From Bacilli bacterium (GTDB lineage Bacteria > Bacillota_I > Bacilli_A > RFN20 > CAG-288), in contig JALCRV010000003.1 in NCBI GenBank assembly GCA_022652945.1, positions 88,128-152,127 on the forward strand: a stretch of DNA of 64,000 nucleotides, written 5' to 3'. The translations under genes and the position numbers were made by a program. This document shows, piece by piece, positions 1-8,406 of this stretch. The notes under the pieces are model-generated. The model did no database searches. It had not been told where the DNA came from and saw nothing but the letters and a program-made list of their open reading frames with translations. Every line of letters begins with the position of its first letter. The first letter of the stretch is position 1.

Positions 1-10
1 ACCGTTTTCT

Positions 11-703
11 TTGAACAGTTATAAAACTTTAAACAACATGGAGAAAGCTAAAGCTAATGAAGATCTCTATCGCAAAGTCATCGCCGCAGTCGGAAGAGAA
101 GAGTTTGCAAACGCTAAAGGCAAGACTGATCAATTAGTTATCAGGTGCAGCAATAAAGGCGTAGGGGAAAGGATTGCGAAAGCCAATCCTTTAAAGCTAG
201 ATTACGCTGTCATTTCCAGCCGTCAGGAGTATTATGACTATAAGATCTTTAATCAACTGCCTAGGCCTTATATGAAGGAAAGCCTGGTTAATGCTTATAC
301 GATGATGGAAGTCGTGGTGGCCTTAGCGGTATCAGCTGTTATGATCGGGACCATTACGATGGCGGTTATCGGCATTAATGCCATCAATACCAGAACGATT
401 ATTAAAGAAAAAGCCGGCTTTTATCTGAATCAGGTTTCTGAACTTTATCAATCGGAGAACAACTTAAAGAACGTGTTTTTCTCATCGGAAGACCTGAACG
501 CTGATAAAACCATATACGTTAATTACATCGGCGGTAATTTTTCTAGCGTCACTTCTATTCCGAATTCTTACTTATTTCAGTTTACCTACGACGAAGCTAC
601 TCTCCCCGTTAACGGGAAGACCGCCTACACTTTAACGATCAGCAACTTAAAAGATAGCCGGACAACACTGGTTACTAAACAAATAATCAAGGCTATCAGA
701 TAG
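11..703 (+). CDS. Pseudopilin-like or bitopic pilus-assembly protein. The frame is open to the window edge, and the true start may be the ATG at 272.
   Basis: Internal 'MKESLVNA|YTMMEVVVALAVSAVMIGTITMAVIG' resembles a prepilin leader plus a hydrophobic helix with Glu at +5. The preceding 87+ codons are in frame with no stop back to nt 2. The gene lies directly upstream of other pilin-like genes and a prepilin peptidase. Confidence 0.5.
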   Translation: MNSYKTLNNMEKAKANEDLYRKVIAAVGREEFANAKGKTDQLVIRCSNKGVGERIAKANPLKLDYAVISSRQEYYDYKIFNQLPRPYMKESLVNAYTMMEVVVALAVSAVMIGTITMAVIGINAINTRTIIKEKAGFYLNQVSELYQSENNLKNVFFSSEDLNADKTIYVNYIGGNFSSVTSIPNSYLFQFTYDEATLPVNGKTAYTLTISNLKDSRTTLVTKQIIKAIR

Positions 704-709
704 GACAAA

Positions 710-1138
710 ATGAAGGTCTCTAGACTTAAAAAGGGTCAAGTCTTAGTCTTCACCCTCGTCATTATGATGGTGGTGGGCTTTGTTTTGGCGGGAGTCGGAG
801 GTTATCTTACTTATCGAAGCAATACTAGAAACAAAAACGCTGCCTTAGATCGTGAAAAGGTCAGTTTGAGGACAGCGAGCTTAGATGTCTATCAAAGTCT
901 TTTGACATCCTCGACCGATTATATTACCGTGACGACAAACACCACGGTTGATGTGACTTTTAGCGATGATTCTTATAAAACCTTTAATGGTGGAAGTACG
1001 ACGGTTGTCCTTACTTATCAGACCGGGTATTTCACTTATGATTTAAATGGAACTTACTATAAAGGCAAAACCTCTATCGATATCAGCCTTGGGACTTTAT
1101 CATATGCGAGCTTGGTCTTAACGAGGCTTGCATCATGA
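710..1138 (+). CDS. Minor pseudopilin-like protein (PilX_N/ComGG-like N-terminus, no Glu+5)
   Basis: The N-terminus 'MKVSRLKKGQVLVFTLVIMMVVGFVLAG' has a basic leader, then Gly, then a hydrophobic helix. The gene has an ATGA overlap with the downstream peptidase gene. Confidence 0.5.
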   Translation: MKVSRLKKGQVLVFTLVIMMVVGFVLAGVGGYLTYRSNTRNKNAALDREKVSLRTASLDVYQSLLTSSTDYITVTTNTTVDVTFSDDSYKTFNGGSTTVVLTYQTGYFTYDLNGTYYKGKTSIDISLGTLSYASLVLTRLAS

Positions 1139-1971
1139 TTTTCTTCCAAGTGTTCCTTCCGTTGATCTTCTTGCTAGTTGGTTTGGCTTTAGGGTCTTTT
1201 AGCAATGTGGTTATCTATCGGGAAAGCAATCAGATCCCTCTTAATAGCCGAAAGAGAAGCTTCTGTCCTAACTGCGGGCATGAATTGAAGTGGTATGACA
1301 ATATACCCTTAATCTCATATCTGATATTAAAAGGAAAATGCCGTTACTGCCAGAAGCCGATTTCTAAGCGATACCCTTTGGTTGAATTAACGGGAGCTTT
1401 TATTTTCTTAAGCGTTTATTTTGTCTACGCTTATATCTACGACGGAACAATGTTCGTCTTCCATTATTTAGATTCTCCTCAAGCGATTATTGATTCCGTT
1501 ATTTTTTCTTTGTTGTTGCTTTTCCTTTTCGATGGTTCCTTTATCGACTATAAAACCCGGACCATTCCTTTATATATCTCGATAGGAGTGGCGTTGATGG
1601 GAATTATCAGATACGTTTTAACGGCTATCTTAACTAAAAGCTATCTTCCTTTAAATTTAATATCCGTCGGGGTTTCGCTGGTCTTTTTCTTAAGCACTTA
1701 CTTTTTAGGTATGTTGATTTACAAAAGAGAAGTCATGGGCTTAGGGGATATTATTGTCCTTGTCGGCCTGGCCTTCGGCTTTGATATCTTACGTTATGGA
1801 TTATTCTTCATTCTGATTTCTGTTTTAGCTTCCGTTATTGAATTGATTAGACAGAAAAGCAAAGGACCTAGAGAGATACCTTTTATTCCTTATATTTTTA
1901 ACGGAGTTGTTTTCTTAGTTTTCTTGGTTGAGCCGTTAGCTGGAGTCTTGCTGAATTTCCTGGGGTTTTAA
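1135..1971 (+). CDS. pilD: Prepilin peptidase (A24 family, PilD/ComC type)
   Basis: It has the N-terminal CxxC...CxxC box 'CPNCGHELKWYDNIPLISYLILKGKCRYCQKPIS'. It is polytopic, with the two Asp motifs 'FIDYKTRTIP' and 'GLGDIIVL'. Confidence 0.9.
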   Translation: MIFFQVFLPLIFLLVGLALGSFSNVVIYRESNQIPLNSRKRSFCPNCGHELKWYDNIPLISYLILKGKCRYCQKPISKRYPLVELTGAFIFLSVYFVYAYIYDGTMFVFHYLDSPQAIIDSVIFSLLLLFLFDGSFIDYKTRTIPLYISIGVALMGIIRYVLTAILTKSYLPLNLISVGVSLVFFLSTYFLGMLIYKREVMGLGDIIVLVGLAFGFDILRYGLFFILISVLASVIELIRQKSKGPREIPFIPYIFNGVVFLVFLVEPLAGVLLNFLGF

Positions 1972-1974
1972 CTC

Positions 1975-2478
1975 ATGAGAAAGATAAAAAAAGGATTTAC
2001 CTTAGTTGAGTTGATCGTCTCGATGGCCTTAGCGGCTATTTTGATGTCGACTCTGGCTTTCTTTCTTGTCTATATAACTAGAATGCAAGGATACATTCAA
2101 AACGGGGATAAGGAGTTTAAGAACGCTGATGAGTTCAGATTGGTGATTACTTCAAATATTCAGGCTAATCAGGATAAAGAATTGACCTTTTATACGAGAA
2201 CGGATGACAAGGACAATATTAAAACAACAGGTTATAATACGAAGATTTTCAGTTATGAGAGCGGGACTAAGTATTATTACTACGATGCGACAAAAGGTGA
2301 ATACGGAGTCAATAACGGATCTGGTGAGCAGTTCTCTTACCAAGCCAAGATGAACTATCTAATGTCTATCCAGCAAGTCTCGACTTATCAGATGGTGGAG
2401 ATTGACTTACGGAATCCAACTGATTTCACCCTTATTATAAGTTTCAGATTGAATATCAGCCACCTGGTAATGAGTTAA
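1975..2478 (+). CDS. Minor pilin with a prepilin-type N-terminal cleavage/methylation motif
   Basis: 'MRKIKKG|FTLVELIVSMALAAILMSTLAFFLV' is a canonical G|FTLxE motif followed by a hydrophobic helix. Confidence 0.8.
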   Translation: MRKIKKGFTLVELIVSMALAAILMSTLAFFLVYITRMQGYIQNGDKEFKNADEFRLVITSNIQANQDKELTFYTRTDDKDNIKTTGYNTKIFSYESGTKYYYYDATKGEYGVNNGSGEQFSYQAKMNYLMSIQQVSTYQMVEIDLRNPTDFTLIISFRLNISHLVMS

Positions 2479-2542
2479 TATAAACAGATTGTTATTTTTA
2501 CTGATGAATAAAAGTTATAATAAGGCACGGCAATAATAACAA

Positions 2543-5500
2543 ATGGAAAAAGAGAACGAGCGAAAATTAAATAACAAAAAGATAAAAAAGGTAGTTGTGC
2601 TTTCTTTATGCTTTCTTTTAGTCGTCGGTGGAGCGGTGGGTACCACTATATTGGTTAAAAACACTCTAGATGTAAGATCCTTTGAAGAGCAAGCGACCAG
2701 CGCTTTTAATAAGTATTACAACAATTTGGTCTTATCTGATGCGGTTACCATGGGGAATTTAAGGGTTGTTTATTCAGATGGAAATCAATACCAAGTGTTC
2801 TTGGGAAAAAACACAAGTTCTTATTTGGGAAAATGGAACAAAGAAGACAACGCCTTTTCCAATGATTCATCCAAAAACTATCTCATCGATATAAATTCTT
2901 TGGGCCAAAAAGTAATTGTAAACATCAACAAGTTTTCATCCATCACTTCAGATTATAGATCTTCAAAAAAAGATGAAATTATACCGGCCGATGAAGGCAC
3001 TCAATTAACCACAATTGATTCAGATGGAGAAATTGTTGCTAAAACTAGGCCGGTGTTTTGGGGAGCCCCCGTTTTTTATTATTCTGGTAAGGCTTTATGC
3101 AAATATAACCCAAAATATAATGACGGGACAACTGATCAAATGTTCGATACCAGATTCCAAGATTTGTTTATTAGCAACTATCCTTCTGAATCATTATATA
3201 AAGACGCCAACGGACACACATCTTGGGCTAGAGTTTTTTCATCGTCTAAAGATTGCGTAATTCATGGGGCAAAAGAAACAGATTATCCCGTTTCTGACGA
3301 TACAAATTCACTCGTTTTGCCGTCGTATGGAGATTTTTGCTCCGACTTAAGCAGTTATTTTGGTAAAAAAAAGACAACTCCATTTTCCACTGCGGAATCT
3401 TTGGAAATCGATGGAGGCATAACACATATCGGGGATGGAAGCGAAGGAGCCCTGTCTGCTTTTACTGGGTTGATGTCATTAAAAATCGATGCGACAACAG
3501 ACGAGATCCTTGATTCGTCTTATGTCTTCGGAAGGCAAACGGAGGATTTTGCATCCTCGTTAGCCAGCATTAATTTTGGAACGCCCAACGGTATCTTTTC
3601 TATATCCGACGATGCCTTTAATGGAATTAAGGCCCTGAAATCGATAGTCCTTAACTCAAACAATGCTGTCACCCAAAAATGTAAAATTGGAAAGCGAGCA
3701 TTTAAAGGCTGTACTAATTTGGAAAAGGTTAGTTTACCAGATCTCGGGTATATTTCGATTGATTCAGGTGCTTTTCTTGGATGTGATTCATTTGCAAAGA
3801 TTTATTCCGCCCCAGATTTAATGTTTGAAGTGCCTTCTAGTTTTGTATTTGCCTATGCTTCTGGAGCAAACGATGAAAATGGCTTTCCGTTCCCGAGTAA
3901 TATGTTCCTTGATTTTGCTGATGTTAACTCTGAATCGTGTAAGTCATTTATCACTAGTTATAGCGGTTACCCGAGATATTTTTATTTAGGTGCCTTAGGG
4001 ACTTTAGAAGACCGGGTCAACGATTCTCACGAAAGGGTAACTAATATCTTTTCCAATCTTATTACCGATGGGCCAGCCAAAGACGCAAAAGAGATTTATC
4101 TCCCCTCTGCTATTAAATCTGTGGCTCAGGGTAAGTCTCTTTTAATTCCTTACATACATGATGGAAAGGTTGTTGTTCCAGCTGTTCATTCTGCGTTGGC
4201 TACCGGAAGCATCGTGCTTAATCCAGATAACAAGACGACCACTCTAAAATTAACTCAAGATATAGTGCTGTACGGTTCCTTGCAAGTTGGAGGATTAACT
4301 AATTTCGCTTCATCTGTTTCTTATCAGGGGTTTGTAGTTGGAGAATATGCCGAATTAGATTTAAATGGATTCAAAGTGATTGTTGAAAGTGGTGGCTCTT
4401 TAGACATAGCTGGGAATTTAGTTGACTCCAGTCCGTCCAAGACAGGAGAAGTGATAGTTCATAACGGAGGGAAGGTCAAATCTAATTTTGCGCTATGTGA
4501 TTTTAATGGTGGAACCAACACGTTTTCGCGCTTAGGATTAGGAGTTTCGCCTTTTAATTTCTATATGATGCCTTACTTAAACGCGAAGATTCACTTTGAG
4601 TATGGAAGTTCCCTTGTTGGTTATTGTGTTTTGTTTGCGGGAGGGAACCATAATAGCATTGAAGTAAATATGATAGGCAACGAATCTGAATCATCTTTAA
4701 TCGCTTGGGATTCAGAACAGCCCACAAGTTATATTGACAGAACTCAGGAAGATTATCCGACCGTGGTTATAACTGACAAAGATTTATCGAAATACAAAGA
4801 GCATTATAATTTTTACGGCTCTTTCAAATCAACCCCGATGGATTTTGGAGTTATGTCCGGTGAAACTCTTATAGGAATATGCACCGGTTTAATTGATTTT
4901 CCTGTCTCGCCATTTATCGATGTCGCTTTTCAAGGAACGGGAACAAATGAAAAGGGAAAATTGACCATTGGTAACACTTTTATGATGTTACCTGGCTCCA
5001 AAGTTGAAATCGCGCAAAATGAAGATTTGGTTTTTGCGCCCACGCCAAGGATTGACTATTGTTTCAGAACTGGCGTTTGGGGACAACAAGAGTACAATGC
5101 GCCCTATCACTTCTTAACAACGGGTGGTATTACAGGAATATTCGACGATTTTTATCAAAGACTTGGATCGGAAAACAAAGAATCGATTCTTGATATTAAA
5201 GGAAACGTTGTTTTTAAAGAATTAAATGGTATGCCGAAATATGTTTTGGCTGGTAACGTTTTGGCTTCAGATACTACGGTTGAACAGATTTCCCAAAATG
5301 TAAGCAAGATAACTGATGAAGCGGTGGGGATTGTCCCTGAAGGTTATGACACCTTAGATATTAGCAAATACATTGTCAGCCCTTTAAAACTTAATGGTTT
5401 TGTTACTAAACTTGGGACAAATCTTAAGTTAACGGAAGATTCAGCAAGACCGGGAATCTATAACGACACCTCTACAGGGAATTGTTATTTCTTCAAACTG

Positions 5501-5833
5501 GTTAATAATTCATATCTTTGTCAGCTAGGAACCGTCCCCCCTAACTTTGATTATCCTGTAGCTGCAGGAAGATACATCAGCAATCAAGACGGAGAATTAA
5601 CCAAAGCATCAACGTACTCAGATACCCAGCACTTCCTCACTTATAATGAGCAAACATTCGTTTATTTTAATGGCTTGTTTGTGGGAATTGACCCACAAAC
5701 ACTTATATCTTCGCTAACTCGTTTCTTGGGACAAACAACAGATATAGATTTAGGCGGATCGCAAATGGTATACGACAACACCTTAAATTATTGGAAAACT
5801 CAAGTTCAGTATAGTCATCCTCCAAAAGAGTAA
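2543..5833 (+). CDS. Large (1096 aa) N-terminally anchored surface protein with BspA-type leucine-rich repeats
   Basis: It has a single N-terminal TM segment 'VVVLSLCFLLVVGGAVGTTILV'. The segment 'DDAFNGIKALKSIVLNSN...IGKRAFKGCTNLEKVSLPD...IDSGAFLGCDSFAKI' matches the AF-xGC-xxL pattern of LRR_5/BspA repeats. It is a long uninterrupted ORF in an AT-rich genome. Confidence 0.6.
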   Translation: MEKENERKLNNKKIKKVVVLSLCFLLVVGGAVGTTILVKNTLDVRSFEEQATSAFNKYYNNLVLSDAVTMGNLRVVYSDGNQYQVFLGKNTSSYLGKWNKEDNAFSNDSSKNYLIDINSLGQKVIVNINKFSSITSDYRSSKKDEIIPADEGTQLTTIDSDGEIVAKTRPVFWGAPVFYYSGKALCKYNPKYNDGTTDQMFDTRFQDLFISNYPSESLYKDANGHTSWARVFSSSKDCVIHGAKETDYPVSDDTNSLVLPSYGDFCSDLSSYFGKKKTTPFSTAESLEIDGGITHIGDGSEGALSAFTGLMSLKIDATTDEILDSSYVFGRQTEDFASSLASINFGTPNGIFSISDDAFNGIKALKSIVLNSNNAVTQKCKIGKRAFKGCTNLEKVSLPDLGYISIDSGAFLGCDSFAKIYSAPDLMFEVPSSFVFAYASGANDENGFPFPSNMFLDFADVNSESCKSFITSYSGYPRYFYLGALGTLEDRVNDSHERVTNIFSNLITDGPAKDAKEIYLPSAIKSVAQGKSLLIPYIHDGKVVVPAVHSALATGSIVLNPDNKTTTLKLTQDIVLYGSLQVGGLTNFASSVSYQGFVVGEYAELDLNGFKVIVESGGSLDIAGNLVDSSPSKTGEVIVHNGGKVKSNFALCDFNGGTNTFSRLGLGVSPFNFYMMPYLNAKIHFEYGSSLVGYCVLFAGGNHNSIEVNMIGNESESSLIAWDSEQPTSYIDRTQEDYPTVVITDKDLSKYKEHYNFYGSFKSTPMDFGVMSGETLIGICTGLIDFPVSPFIDVAFQGTGTNEKGKLTIGNTFMMLPGSKVEIAQNEDLVFAPTPRIDYCFRTGVWGQQEYNAPYHFLTTGGITGIFDDFYQRLGSENKESILDIKGNVVFKELNGMPKYVLAGNVLASDTTVEQISQNVSKITDEAVGIVPEGYDTLDISKYIVSPLKLNGFVTKLGTNLKLTEDSARPGIYNDTSTGNCYFFKLVNNSYLCQLGTVPPNFDYPVAAGRYISNQDGELTKASTYSDTQHFLTYNEQTFVYFNGLFVGIDPQTLISSLTRFLGQTTDIDLGGSQMVYDNTLNYWKTQVQYSHPPKE

Positions 5834-5921
5834 GAGATGGATTTAAATGAGGCTCTTAGAAGAGAAAGGGCATCTTTTTCTTTATTACTTTTTTGATTGT
5901 ATGATTAAAGGCGCCATTTTC

Positions 5922-5950
5922 TTAAACGAAAGAAACAATTGCGATATAAT
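5922..5950 (+). promoter_or_regulatory. Possible sigma70-type promoter for the ABC operon (TTAAAC-17-TATAAT), giving a very short leader
   Basis: A TATAAT box at 5945-5950 lies 15 nt upstream of the ATG at 5966, with a weak -35 at 5922-5927. No SD is visible before the ATG. Confidence 0.3.
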
Positions 5951-5965
5951 TAATTCATTAAAACC

Positions 5966-6682
5966 ATGCTAGAAATAAATAATTTATCTAAATCATTCCA
6001 AGACAATAAAATATTAAATGGCGTTTCTTTTAAGTTAGAGCCTTCTCACGTCTATGGTTTGATAGGAAAAAACGGAATCGGGAAAACAACGATATTGAAT
6101 TGTCTTTCCGGTGTTTTGAACTATGAAGAAGGAGAAGTGCTATTAGATGGGAAAAACATCCAGGACGATATGATGTCCTACAAGAAAAGGATTGCTTATA
6201 CTCCTGATGAATGTGCGGCTTTGGAGTATTTGACCGGGAAAGAATACCTCGAGTTTATTTATTCCGTTTATTATCCAAAAGCCAGCCAAGAAAAGAGCAA
6301 CGAATTACAAGAAAAAGCTTCTCCATTAATTAAACTTTTCGATATGGAGCCTTTTATGAACAAACTGATCCGCTCCTATTCCCACGGAACTAAACAGAAA
6401 ATATCTTTAATTGCTTCCTATCTACACGATCCGGATATCTGGTTCCTTGATGAACCGCTTCTCGGTCTGGATCCGAAGGCGACAGCGGGTTTATATAAGC
6501 TTTTCGAGGAAAGAAAAGCCAACGGGAAAATTGTTCTAGTCACAATTCACGATATCTTAGCCGCTGAAGAAATATGCGATACGGTTTTCTTATTGAAAGA
6601 TCAGCACATCTATAAGACTTATCTCGACGTAAAAGGGAACGACACCTTCCCCATCGATGCCATCAAGGAACTTAAGTCCTAA
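5966..6682 (+). CDS. ABC transporter ATP-binding protein (ABC-2-like)
   Basis: It has Walker A 'GKNGIGKTT', the signature variant 'YSHGTKQKISL' and Walker B 'IWFLDEPLLGLD'. Confidence 0.9.
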   Translation: MLEINNLSKSFQDNKILNGVSFKLEPSHVYGLIGKNGIGKTTILNCLSGVLNYEEGEVLLDGKNIQDDMMSYKKRIAYTPDECAALEYLTGKEYLEFIYSVYYPKASQEKSNELQEKASPLIKLFDMEPFMNKLIRSYSHGTKQKISLIASYLHDPDIWFLDEPLLGLDPKATAGLYKLFEERKANGKIVLVTIHDILAAEEICDTVFLLKDQHIYKTYLDVKGNDTFPIDAIKELKS

Positions 6683-6693
6683 GGCAAAAGAGC

Positions 6694-8406
6694 ATGTTTA
6701 ATACCCTTTTAAAGAAGGAACTGAGGTTCATAACTCGAAGCAGCAAGAAGAGCGGGGACCCGCTAAACATTTTAATGGATGCTCTTTTAAATATTATTTT
6801 AGTTGGGTTTCTTTCTTATCTTCTTTATTTTTTGCTAAATAAGATAAAACAGATTGGAGACGGGACTAACAATCCTTTTGGAAATGCCGATGCGGCTATT
6901 TTTGCTTTAGCTCTCGCTTTAACTCAGATCACTTACTTTATTATCTACCTTCCCCTTACTATGAAGATTCTTTATGAAGAAGATGAGAAGCTATCGATTC
7001 GGCCTTTACCAATTCCTTTGAAGACTTTGCAGTTATCTAAATTAACAGGTTTATACATTAAGTCTCTTACTGATTTTGGCTTAATGGAATTTGGATTCTT
7101 TGTCGCTTTCTTTTTTGTAAGACAAGAAAGCCTGTTGTTTTTAGTCCTAGCCTTATTTGCGGTGATTCTGTCAGCGGCGTTGCTGCTCTTTTTCGATGTT
7201 TTGTTTTCTTACCCATTTAAAAGGGTCTCCGACCGCTTAAATGAAAATACTGTAGTTCTGTTGGTGGTTTCTATTCTTATATCTGTCGGTATCGGGACTT
7301 TATATTTCTATTTGCTGATAGGCATCATCAACATTATCTCCAGTCAAAATATCAATAATGTTTTTAGCGTTGAGAGCTTAAAGGTTTTTACCTCTTTAGC
7401 CACTTATCTTTTCCCGGTTGATGGCTTTATCAGCCTTGTTCTGTTGAGAGGGAATCCTTTTATTATTATTTTATCAATCCTCATCCCTTTGCTTTCTATT
7501 CCGGGTTCCTTATTTATCAGTAAAACGTACGCTAAGATGAACTTTAAAAACGGAGATAAATCCTCAAAAGGAGTTATTATTTCTGCTGAAAAGCAGGAAT
7601 TGAAACCGGTTAAGCATCCGTTGTTATTTAAGGAACTGAGGAGAATTATCCGCAGTTCTAAAAAGACCTTTTCTTATTTTGCTCTTTTGATTTTGGTCCC
7701 GATGTTTTCATTCTACTCGGCTTTTTTGATTAACCAAGTCTTTATCTTGTTTGGCTTAAACACCGTTCGTTCCGCTCAGTCTTTAATCGATAGCGGAGCC
7801 TCTCCTCTTTTAGCAACCTTTATTTCCTTTATCCCTTCTTATCGGGTGCCGCTTATTATCTTTTTAGTTACTTTATTTACTTCTTTGATTTATTCCCCGG
7901 GAGATGAGGTGCTCTCTGGAGAAGAAAATGCTTTAGGAACCCTGCTTACTTTACCTCTCAGTTTTCATCAGCAATTAGTCTTGAAGTTTAAAGAAGGGAT
8001 CTTTTTCTCGGGGCTTACTTCTTTAATAACTTCCTTAATCCTTTTAATTTCATCTATCTTTAATCCTGTAGCCGCTTTGTTTTTCTTTCTTCTTAATTCT
8101 CTTTTTACTTGGTCTGGATACCTCTTTTCAGAAGCGCAGGGGATTAAAAATCTGGGGCTAAGTAAAGAATCCTCTTTAGGGCTTATTTATATCTTCTTAG
8201 GATCTTTATTCCTTTTGTTGTTCTCTTTGCTTCTCATTAATGCCTTACCGGCTTCTTTAACTCCTCCTTTTAGTCAACTTATCGTCGGGAGTCTTCTTAC
8301 CCTTACTTCTATAGGCTTATTATCAGTGTCTTTTTTATCTATTAAGAAAGCCTCTCTTCAGGCGGTTAATTATTTGGGGAAGAACGGAGGGAGAGAATTA
8401 GCATGA
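6694..8406 (+). CDS. Polytopic membrane protein, putative ABC exporter permease
   Basis: It is 570 aa with many hydrophobic segments. It lies 12 nt downstream of the ABC ATPase gene and has an ATGA overlap with the next gene. Confidence 0.6.
   Translation: MFNTLLKKELRFITRSSKKSGDPLNILMDALLNIILVGFLSYLLYFLLNKIKQIGDGTNNPFGNADAAIFALALALTQITYFIIYLPLTMKILYEEDEKLSIRPLPIPLKTLQLSKLTGLYIKSLTDFGLMEFGFFVAFFFVRQESLLFLVLALFAVILSAALLLFFDVLFSYPFKRVSDRLNENTVVLLVVSILISVGIGTLYFYLLIGIINIISSQNINNVFSVESLKVFTSLATYLFPVDGFISLVLLRGNPFIIILSILIPLLSIPGSLFISKTYAKMNFKNGDKSSKGVIISAEKQELKPVKHPLLFKELRRIIRSSKKTFSYFALLILVPMFSFYSAFLINQVFILFGLNTVRSAQSLIDSGASPLLATFISFIPSYRVPLIIFLVTLFTSLIYSPGDEVLSGEENALGTLLTLPLSFHQQLVLKFKEGIFFSGLTSLITSLILLISSIFNPVAALFFFLLNSLFTWSGYLFSEAQGIKNLGLSKESSLGLIYIFLGSLFLLLFSLLLINALPASLTPPFSQLIVGSLLTLTSIGLLSVSFLSIKKASLQAVNYLGKNGGRELA

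Noticed and set aside
2152-2343. Numerous 60-110-aa ORFs in the track lie antisense to, or out of frame within, long confident genes. Examples are 2152-2343, 3015-3260, 11313-11561, 14216-14437, 15350-15535, 18642-19361, 21801-23945, 25171-25870, 27671-27910, 32434-32713, 33706-34012, 40435-40617, 43900-44232, 46554-47102, 58624-58928, 59726-60416 and 61131-63386.
   Set aside because: They are fully nested in longer ORFs that have clear family motifs. They have no RBS, and their composition is low-complexity or mirrors the sense-strand codons. They are shadow ORFs.
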